From an uncultured Erysipelotrichaceae bacterium (GTDB lineage Bacteria; Bacillota_I; Bacilli_A; Erysipelotrichales; Erysipelotrichaceae): a stretch of 32,000 nucleotides of DNA. Shown piece by piece: positions 26,192 through 32,000 of the stretch (its first letter is position 1; each line of letters begins with the position of its first letter). Location: the NCBI GenBank assembly GCA_942492995.1, contig OW818653.1, positions 480,001 to 512,000 on the forward strand, given 5' to 3'. A program made the position numbers and the translations under genes. The notes under the pieces were generated by a model that saw nothing but the letters and a program-made list of their open reading frames with translations, ran no database searches and was not told the origin of the DNA.

Positions 26192-26238
26192 AGGTGTTAA
26201 AGTTCATGAATTGTTATGATCTTAACACCTTTTTCTTT
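26192..26238 (+). terminator. asnA terminator hairpin lying inside the 3' end of the convergent DeoR gene
   Basis: 10-bp perfect stem AGGTGTTAAG (26192-26201) / CTTAACACCT (26221-26230), long loop, then TTTTCTTT. Confidence 0.5.
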
Positions 26239-26970
26239 GATTGCTTCACAATCACTCTTATTCGCATTACTATCGGTTATAAGATAATCAATTTTATTGA
26301 GTTCGCTACTTACAAAACTATGATTATGTCCAACTTTTGTACTATCAGCTAATACAAATGCTGTACCTGTACATTGTCTTAACATTAATTCATTAATCGC
26401 AACTTCCGCTAATACAGCAGTTGTTATACCAGCGCTTGAACTTATACCGCTACATCCCATAAAACACTTATTTGCGGTAACTTTTAATAGATTGTTATAG
26501 GCAAATTCACCAACCATTGATTCTTTGGGTTCACGTAATTCTCCACCGGTTAATAAAACATTGATGTTGTGATCTTTTTGAACAAATACCGCATTCGCAT
26601 TGTTCGTAATTACATTTACTTTCTTATCTTTAATGTATTTAAGAATTAGTAAAGCAGTAGTGCTTGTATTAATAAAGATCGTATCACCATTTTCAACATA
26701 CTCTGCAGCTTTTCGTGCGATTAAGTTTTTTCGACGTTCAATATCATTATCTCGTTTATCTTTATCACGAAATCCTTCGACTAAATGAACTCCACCATAG
26801 AATCGTTGTATACAATTGCGATCTTCGAGATACTGAAAGTCACGTCGAATGGTGAGAGGGCTTACATTAAAGTGTTGGGCTAAATCGATTGCGTTAAGTT
26901 TTGGATTCTCTTCTAATAAGCTTAATATTTCTTTTCTTCGTTTATCTAATATCGTTAATGGACTTTTCAT
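26197..26970 (-). CDS. DeoR-family transcriptional regulator (UlaR-like by context)
   Basis: N-terminal HTH (RRKEILSLLEE...L..A.DLAQHFNVSPLTIRRDF.YLE) plus a DeoR C-terminal sugar-phosphate sensor domain. It is divergent from the ula-type operon. RBS GGTGAGG. Confidence 0.9.
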   Translation of the reverse strand: MKSPLTILDKRRKEILSLLEENPKLNAIDLAQHFNVSPLTIRRDFQYLEDRNCIQRFYGGVHLVEGFRDKDKRDNDIERRKNLIARKAAEYVENGDTIFINTSTTALLILKYIKDKKVNVITNNANAVFVQKDHNINVLLTGGELREPKESMVGEFAYNNLLKVTANKCFMGCSGISSSAGITTAVLAEVAINELMLRQCTGTAFVLADSTKVGHNHSFVSSELNKIDYLITDSNANKSDCEAIKEKGVKIITIHEL

Positions 26971-27006
26971 ATTAACCTCACCTTGTGATTATTGATTATA
27001 TTTTAA

Positions 27007-27115
27007 CATATAAAATCATAAAAGTTCATAAAACATTCATAAAATAAATAATGGTTGAAATTGAAAACACTTACAAAGTGTAAATAATCATAAAATGTCT
27101 TTAATGTTCATAAAA
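27007..27115 (+). promoter_or_regulatory. Array of phased TCATAAAA direct repeats (candidate DeoR/UlaR operators) in the deoR-ulaG intergenic region
   Basis: Exact TCATAAAA copies start at 27016, 27026, 27037, 27088 and 27108 (spacings 10, 11, 51, 20 bp). Degenerate copies lie at 27007-27015 and 27133-27140. Confidence 0.4.
27062..27075 (+). promoter_or_regulatory. cre-like (CcpA) site / 15-bp palindrome
   Basis: TGAAAACACTTACA matches the cre consensus TGWAANCGNTNWCA at 13 of 14 positions (central CG is CA). It overlaps the palindrome ACACTTacaAAGTGT (27067-27081). Confidence 0.35.
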
Positions 27116-27120
27116 CTCTA

Positions 27121-27149
27121 TTGTTTTAGTTTTTATAAAAGGTTAAACT
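27121..27149 (+). promoter_or_regulatory. Candidate ula operon promoter
   Basis: TTGTTT (27121-27126), 17-nt spacer, TAAACT (27144-27149), about 40 nt upstream of the ulaG ATG. Confidence 0.3.
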
Positions 27150-27188
27150 GTGCGTGTTAGATGAATAATTAAATAAAAGGAGGGTTTT

Positions 27189-28247
27189 ATGGCAAAAATT
27201 GATGAAATTACACGTGAATCATGGATTATGGAAACATTCCCAGAATGGGGAACATGGCTTAATGAAGAAATAGATGAAGAAGTAGTTGAAAAAAATAAAC
27301 TTGCAATGTGGTGGTTAGGTTGTACAGGTGTTTGGTTCAAAACTGAAAACAATACCAATATCGTAATTGATGCATGGTTTGGAAATGGTAAACGAACTAA
27401 AAAAGTTAAGGATATGGCACCGTTTCATCAGATGCGTAATATGACCGGTGGTAAGATGTTACAACCAAATTTAAGAGGTGTTCAATTCGTATATGATCCG
27501 TTTGGCGTTACGAATGTAGATGCGGTATTGTCAACACATTATCATGCGGATCATATCGATATGAATTTCGCAGCTGCAGTTATGAAGAATGTTAAAAAGG
27601 ATGTTCCATTTATCGGCCCATTAAAGAGTGTTGAATTATGGAAAAAATGGGGAGTACCTGAATCACGTTGTATCGTTGTAAAACCTGGCGATGTGATTAA
27701 AGTAAATGACGTTGAAATTGTTGTATTAGATTCATTTGATCGTACGTGTTTGGTTACTGCAAGTCAAGATATCAAAGGTGTGTGTCCTACGGATATGGAT
27801 GATAAAGCAGTTAACTATTTGATCAAGACACCTGGAGGTAATGTATATCATTCAGGTGATTCGCACTATTCAATCTATTACGCTAAACATGGTAAAGATC
27901 ACAAAATAGATGTTGCGTTTGGTTCTTATGGAGAAAACCCAGTTGGTAACCAAGACAAGATGACTTCAATTGACATACTACGTATGGCAGAAGCACTTAA
28001 AACGAATGTTGTTATTCCAATCCATTATGATGTTTGGACAAACTTCAAAGCAGATCCAGCAGAAATACTAATGTTATATGATTTCAAGAAGTATGTACTT
28101 CAATATAAATTCCAACCATTTATTTGGGATGTTGGTGGTAAATTTATTTATCCAGATGATGCGAATAAACGTCAATTCCATTTTAGAAGAGGATTTGAAG
28201 ACGCATTTGATGAAGAACAAAATGTACCGTTCAGGTCAATTCTCTAA
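27189..28247 (+). CDS. ulaG: L-ascorbate-6-phosphate lactonase (metallo-beta-lactamase fold)
   Basis: Near full-length collinearity with E. coli UlaG as I recall it ([28 protein letters not shown], HxHx[34 protein letters not shown]). AGGAGG RBS. Confidence 0.9.
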   Translation: MAKIDEITRESWIMETFPEWGTWLNEEIDEEVVEKNKLAMWWLGCTGVWFKTENNTNIVIDAWFGNGKRTKKVKDMAPFHQMRNMTGGKMLQPNLRGVQFVYDPFGVTNVDAVLSTHYHADHIDMNFAAAVMKNVKKDVPFIGPLKSVELWKKWGVPESRCIVVKPGDVIKVNDVEIVVLDSFDRTCLVTASQDIKGVCPTDMDDKAVNYLIKTPGGNVYHSGDSHYSIYYAKHGKDHKIDVAFGSYGENPVGNQDKMTSIDILRMAEALKTNVVIPIHYDVWTNFKADPAEILMLYDFKKYVLQYKFQPFIWDVGGKFIYPDDANKRQFHFRRGFEDAFDEEQNVPFRSIL

Positions 28248-28248
28248 T

Positions 28249-28701
28249 ATGCTAAAAACATTTGTAAATAACAAACATACAGCATATTATGAATCATTTA
28301 ATTCATGGGAAGAAGCTGTTCAAGCAAGTTGTGAAGTCTTGTTAAAAGATAATACGATTACGCAAGATTACGTTAACTCAGTTATTAAATGTGTTAAAGA
28401 ATTTGGGCCTTATATTGTCATCGCGCCTATGATTGCGATGCCTCATTCTACTGAAGGTGCAGTTGGAGTTAATGATACTAAGATAGCGTTTATGAAAGTT
28501 GAGCAACCAGTTCACTTTAAGGATGATGATCCTACGTATGACGCAAAATTATTCTTTACATTAGCGTCAATAAATCATGATCAACATATGAAAAACATTA
28601 TGGAATTATCTGAAATGTTAATGAATGATTTGATTGTGGAAGAACTATTAAAAGCTACATGTGATGAAGATTTGATTCGTATACATGAAATGTATTTATA
28701 A
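28249..28701 (+). CDS. ulaC: PTS ascorbate-family EIIA component
   Basis: ATG at 28249, directly after the ulaG stop (TAATATG). GPYIVIAPMIAMPH contains the phospho-His motif and resembles UlaC/SgaA. The track ORF 28078-28701 is an out-of-frame 5' extension into ulaG. Confidence 0.85.
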   Translation: MLKTFVNNKHTAYYESFNSWEEAVQASCEVLLKDNTITQDYVNSVIKCVKEFGPYIVIAPMIAMPHSTEGAVGVNDTKIAFMKVEQPVHFKDDDPTYDAKLFFTLASINHDQHMKNIMELSEMLMNDLIVEELLKATCDEDLIRIHEMYL

Positions 28702-28750
28702 GAACTAGATTCTTAAAAATAAATAAAGGAAAAAAGGAAAGGAGATTATA

Positions 28751-30214
28751 ATGGATTTATTATTAAAAGTATGGACGTTCTTTGCACAGAATATTCTAAC
28801 TGTACCAGCTTACTTTATCGGTTTGATGACATTGGTTGGATATATTCTACTCAAAAAGCCTTGGTATGAATCATTTGCTGGGTTCATTAAGGCAACTGTT
28901 GGATTTCTAATTTTAGGTGTTGGTTCAGGGGGGTTAGTTAATAACTTTAGACCAATCTTAGTGGGACTTAAAGATCGTTTCCAATTATCGGCAATGGTTA
29001 TTGATCCTTACTTTGGTCAAAATGCAGTTACAGCTGGTTTGGGAGATTTGGGGCGTTCCTTCTCTGCTGTTATGATTCTACTGTTCGTAGCATTTATCTT
29101 CAATATTATCTTAGTTGCTTTACGTAAATGGACAAAGATTCGTTCGATCTTCACTACTGGTCATGTTCAGATGCAACAAGCTGCTATCGCATTCTGGTTA
29201 ATCTTATTCGCATTCCCTAACTTACAAGATACTCAGTATCTAATAATTATGGGTCTTGTATTAGGTGTTTATTGGGCAGTTGGTTCAAACCTTACAGTTG
29301 AATATACACAAGATTTAACTGAAGGGGCTGGATTCTGTGTTGCTCACCAACAAATGTTTGGGATCGCAATATTCTCTACTTTATCTAAAAAACTATTTGG
29401 TGGTAAGAATTCCACTTCAAAACGTTTAGAAGATATTGAATTACCAGGTTTCTTATCAATCTTTAATGAAAATATGGTTGCGACTGCAGTTCTAATGACA
29501 TTATTCTTCGGAATTATCTTATTAGTATTAGGTCAACCATACTTAATCGCTGCAGGATTCTTAGCTGAAGGGAAATCATTCTTCTTCTATATCCTAACTA
29601 CTTCACTTAACTTTGCTGTATATTTAGCTATCTTACAACTTGGTGTACGTACATTCGTTACCGAATTAACGAATTCATTCCAAGGGATCTCAACTCGTTT
29701 ACTACCTGGTGCTGTACCTGGTATCGACTGTGCAGCCGTTTACGGATTTGGTTCTCCAAATGCCGTTACAATTGGTTTCTTGTTTGGCGCATTAGGCCAG
29801 TTCTTAGCTATCATTACGTTAATTGTATTCAAGAGCCCAGTGCTTGTTATTGCTGGATTCGTACCTGTATTCTTCGATAATGCGACAATTGCTGTATTTG
29901 CGAACAATAAAGGTGGTGTAAAAGCTGCTATGTTGATGCCTTTCATCGCTGGTTTATTCCAAGTGTTTGGTTCTGCATTAATCGCTCATTATGTTGGTTT
30001 AGCGGTTTATGGTGGTTATATCGGTATGTTTGACTGGGCAACTATTTGGCCAGTATTCACAGTTATTCTTAAATACGGCGGCTATTTTGGTGTAGCGATC
30101 GTTGTAATTGGGATGTTACTTATCCCTCAAATTCAATATGCACGTAATAAAGAAACGTATTTCTTGATCACGGATGATTATGATGCATATGTTAAAAAAG
30201 TAAATCAACAATAA
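28751..30214 (+). CDS. ulaA: PTS ascorbate-family EIIC permease
   Basis: 487-aa polytopic protein of the UlaA/SgaT type (N-terminal ..F..NIL..PA..IGL..L.GY.LLKK, internal GFCVAHQQMF). GGAGA RBS. Confidence 0.9.
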   Translation: MDLLLKVWTFFAQNILTVPAYFIGLMTLVGYILLKKPWYESFAGFIKATVGFLILGVGSGGLVNNFRPILVGLKDRFQLSAMVIDPYFGQNAVTAGLGDLGRSFSAVMILLFVAFIFNIILVALRKWTKIRSIFTTGHVQMQQAAIAFWLILFAFPNLQDTQYLIIMGLVLGVYWAVGSNLTVEYTQDLTEGAGFCVAHQQMFGIAIFSTLSKKLFGGKNSTSKRLEDIELPGFLSIFNENMVATAVLMTLFFGIILLVLGQPYLIAAGFLAEGKSFFFYILTTSLNFAVYLAILQLGVRTFVTELTNSFQGISTRLLPGAVPGIDCAAVYGFGSPNAVTIGFLFGALGQFLAIITLIVFKSPVLVIAGFVPVFFDNATIAVFANNKGGVKAAMLMPFIAGLFQVFGSALIAHYVGLAVYGGYIGMFDWATIWPVFTVILKYGGYFGVAIVVIGMLLIPQIQYARNKETYFLITDDYDAYVKKVNQQ

Positions 30215-30244
30215 AATTGTCAGAAATGACATGTGGAGGAAATT

Positions 30245-30547
30245 ATGAAAGTAGTAGTATCGTGTGCAAATGGGGCTGGCACAAGTCTAATGATGAAGAT
30301 GCGTGTAGAAAAAGCATTAAAAGAGTTAAATGTTCCAGTAACAAAAATCCATCATTGTTCAATCTCTGAAGGTAAGAGTACTGCGACTACTTACGACGTT
30401 GTTTTCTGCCCTGCAAACTTTGTTTCAATGTTTAAAGACGCTGAAGCAAAGGGTGTCATTATTATTGGTATGAGAAACGTATTATCTGACGCTGAAGCGA
30501 AAGAAAAAATTATTGCTAGTGGTATAATCGAGAAGTTTTGTGTGTAA
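30245..30547 (+). CDS. ulaB: PTS ascorbate-family EIIB component
   Basis: MKVVVSCANGAGTSLMMKM carries the active-site Cys as in UlaB/SgaB. ATG 30245 is preceded by GGAGGA. The GTG at 30233 in the track lies inside the RBS. Confidence 0.85.
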   Translation: MKVVVSCANGAGTSLMMKMRVEKALKELNVPVTKIHHCSISEGKSTATTYDVVFCPANFVSMFKDAEAKGVIIIGMRNVLSDAEAKEKIIASGIIEKFCV

Positions 30548-30575
30548 AATTTACCGGGATTCGTCCCGGTAAATT
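30548..30575 (+). terminator. Perfect 12-bp stem with TTCG tetraloop directly after ulaB (terminator/attenuator or mRNA processing/stability element)
   Basis: AATTTACCGGGA (30548-30559), TTCG, TCCCGGTAAATT (30564-30575). Only a short T tract follows (ACTTT). Confidence 0.55.
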
Positions 30576-30591
30576 ACTTTAAGAGGACGTT

Positions 30592-31620
30592 ATGGAAATT
30601 ACAAAAATTAAATTAGATGATTTATATCGTTGTTATAGTACGATGGCGATGGAACTAGACAAAGACTTGCATTTATTTTATGCAAGTGAAGAAAAGGGAT
30701 ATCCATGTTACGCATTTTCAGGAGAGAATTTTAGTGAAAAGAAAGTAGTTTGGGAGAATGGTGGTGGAACCATGTCAATGATTCCAGTTCCTAATCGTAA
30801 AAATGAATTCTTTGCGGTGATGGATTTTTATCTAAAAGAAACTCCTAGTCAAGCTAAACTAATATGGGTTAAATACTCAAAAGAAAATGGATTTGTACAA
30901 AAAGATCTATTCTATTTACCTTATTTACATCGTTTTGATCTATTTGAAGTTAATGATGAATTGTATTTTCTTGGCGCTACAATCGCAGAGAAAAAAGAAC
31001 ATAAAGAAGATTGGACATATCCAGGAAAAATCTATGTTTCGAAATGTCCGAAAGACTTTAATGATAAATTTGAGTTAGATATTATTTATGAAGGATTAAC
31101 ACGTAATCATGGGTACTGTCGTTCAAAAACACATAATGGTGGATACTTTTCTTCTGATAACGGAATTATGAAAGTAAGTGCTCCATTAACTGAAAAAGAT
31201 GAATGGAAAGTTGAAAAAATACAAGACGGACAATTTAGTGAAATCGCATTTTCGGATATCAATAATGACGGAATAGATGAAATGTTAACGATTGAACCGT
31301 TTCATGGGAATTCAATTAAGTTATATCAATTACAAGATGATGAATATAAAGAAATATACGATTATCCATATGAAATCGACTTTGCGCATACACTAATTGG
31401 GACAAAAATATTTGATCATAATTGCTTTATTGGGGGAATTAGACGAATAAATCCAGATCTATTCTTAATGGAGTATATCGATAACCAAGTTAAATTAACG
31501 ATAATCGATCAAGGTGTAGGTCCAGCAAACTGTAATCTATATTCTAATAAGGATATTACATTAATTCATTCAGCGAATCATACACAAAATCATGCGGCTG
31601 TTTATATAGTGAAAAAGTAG
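30592..31620 (+). CDS. Hypothetical 342-aa cytoplasmic protein, probably beta-rich/propeller-like with one FG-GAP/VCBS-like DxNxDGxDE loop
   Basis: Good RBS (AGAGGA) and an intact ORF. No signal peptide or TM. Motif [11 protein letters not shown]. It ends 8 nt before the araD ATG. I recognise no family. Confidence 0.7.
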   Translation: MEITKIKLDDLYRCYSTMAMELDKDLHLFYASEEKGYPCYAFSGENFSEKKVVWENGGGTMSMIPVPNRKNEFFAVMDFYLKETPSQAKLIWVKYSKENGFVQKDLFYLPYLHRFDLFEVNDELYFLGATIAEKKEHKEDWTYPGKIYVSKCPKDFNDKFELDIIYEGLTRNHGYCRSKTHNGGYFSSDNGIMKVSAPLTEKDEWKVEKIQDGQFSEIAFSDINNDGIDEMLTIEPFHGNSIKLYQLQDDEYKEIYDYPYEIDFAHTLIGTKIFDHNCFIGGIRRINPDLFLMEYIDNQVKLTIIDQGVGPANCNLYSNKDITLIHSANHTQNHAAVYIVKK

Positions 31621-31628
31621 GTGAAATC

Positions 31629-32000
31629 ATGTTAGAGGAACTAAAACAAGCTGTATTAGACGCAAATTTATGTTTACCTAAATTTGGTTTAGTTGTATTT
31701 ACATGGGGAAATGTATCCGCAATTGATGCGAGTGGTAAATATGTTGCGATAAAACCATCAGGTGTTGAATACGATGAACTCAAAAGAGATGATATTGTAA
31801 TTCTTGACCTTGAAGGAAATATTATTGAGGGAACACTTAAACCAAGTAGTGATACTCCAACTCATTTAGAATTGTATCGTAACTTTCCTGAGATTAAAGG
31901 AATTGTACATACACATTCACGATGGGCTACAATCTTTTCTCAAGCAAAACTTGATTTAAACCCAATTGGGACAACCCATGCGGATTATTTTTATGGAAAA
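31629..32000 (+). CDS. araD: L-ribulose-5-phosphate 4-epimerase (AraD/UlaF/SgbE family), 3'-truncated by window edge
   Basis: Not in the ORF track, since it has no stop inside the window. My translation from ATG 31629: [33 protein letters not shown]...KPSGV.Y..L...D.V...L.G...[30 protein letters not shown]...Q.......[10 protein letters not shown]. This is the classic AraD signature. RBS AGGTGA. Confidence 0.9.
   Translation, partial: MLEELKQAVLDANLCLPKFGLVVFTWGNVSAIDASGKYVAIKPSGVEYDELKRDDIVILDLEGNIIEGTLKPSSDTPTHLELYRNFPEIKGIVHTHSRWATIFSQAKLDLNPIGTTHADYFYGK

Noticed and set aside
27051-27083. A 10-codon ORF (MVEIENTYKV) in the ula control region.
   Set aside because: It has no RBS. It coincides with the cre-like palindrome, which explains the sequence better.
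28078-28248. The 5' extension of the EIIA (ulaC) ORF in the track, overlapping the last 170 nt of ulaG in another frame.
   Set aside because: The extension translates to junk-like sequence ([17 protein letters not shown]...). UlaC homology begins at the ATG at 28249, immediately after the ulaG stop.
30233-30244. GTG start for ulaB given by the ORF track.
   Set aside because: The GTG lies inside the GGAGGA Shine-Dalgarno sequence. ATG 30245 gives the canonical MKVVV.C.NG N-terminus.
3498-31783. About two dozen 60-105-aa ORFs in the track lie antisense to, or out of frame within, long well-supported genes. Examples: 3498-3707(-), 6067-6336(-), 7997-8200(-), 8546-8830(-), 9372-9686(-), 11332-11610(+), 12363-12584(-), 14490-14708(-), 15406-15597(+), 15917-16138(+), 21411-21608(-), 22674-22859(-), 25252-25449(-), 26600-26788(+), 29740-29946(-), 30887-31078(+), 31556-31783(-).
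   Set aside because: Each is fully embedded in a longer ORF with clear family signatures. They lack RBSs and have low-complexity or shadow-frame composition typical of AT-rich genomes. I recognise no protein family in any of them.
1-32000. Alternative genetic code (Mollicutes-type TGA=Trp), considered because of the very AT-rich, Erysipelotrichia/Mollicutes-like flavour.
   Set aside because: TGA terminates well-defined genes at positions consistent with homologue lengths (kor beta at 1620-1622, the 614-aa gene at 14835-14837). All family-recognisable ORFs are intact under code 11.
1-32000. Mobile elements, a genomic-island boundary, CRISPR, toxin-antitoxin or phage-defence cassettes.
   Set aside because: I saw no integrase, transposase or recombinase ORF, no tRNA or direct-repeat att-like flanks, and no spacer-repeat periodicity. 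There are no small paired ORFs of TA type. Every sizeable ORF is accounted for by a metabolic, transport or regulatory family or by the unknowns listed in the findings.

Overview
AT-rich, low-GC Bacillota-like chromosomal segment using the standard genetic code (TGA serves as a stop, e.g. at 1620-1622 and 14835-14837). It is densely packed with intact metabolic, transport and regulatory genes. I found no rRNA, tRNA, CRISPR array, transposase, integrase, prophage gene or recognisable defence gene. Gene order: 3' part of a three-subunit 2-oxoacid:ferredoxin oxidoreductase (alpha/beta/gamma). TetR regulator, divergent from a DUF1295 / DUF2177 / DhaL(FakA-N)-DegV(FakB) fusion operon. LytS-type kinase + LytTR regulator, then a terminator, then a CstA-family transporter and a Cys-rich FMN alpha-hydroxy-acid oxidase-like enzyme. 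Class II-type photolyase (minus strand). YerC/TrpR-like protein followed by a polar amino-acid ABC transporter (binding protein, permease, ATPase). Convergent minus-strand pair of an opine-dehydrogenase-family enzyme translationally coupled to a 614-aa protein with a B12-binding-type DxHxxG N-terminal domain. Divergent AEC transporter + LUD-domain protein. Two tandem fused NBD-FtsX (MacB-type) ABC half-transporters. MscS channel (minus strand), AnmK, AsnA. DeoR regulator (minus strand), divergent from an ascorbate-type PTS operon: ulaG-ulaC-ulaA-ulaB, a hairpin, an unknown 342-aa protein, and araD/ulaF running off the window. The least-explained parts, and my best candidates for undescribed biology: (1) the opine-DH / B12-like 614-aa pair; (2) the TetR-controlled DUF1295-DUF2177-FakA/FakB-fusion module; (3) the unknown propeller-like protein inside the ula operon. 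All functional calls come from my reading of the translated ORFs and motifs. No database search was run.
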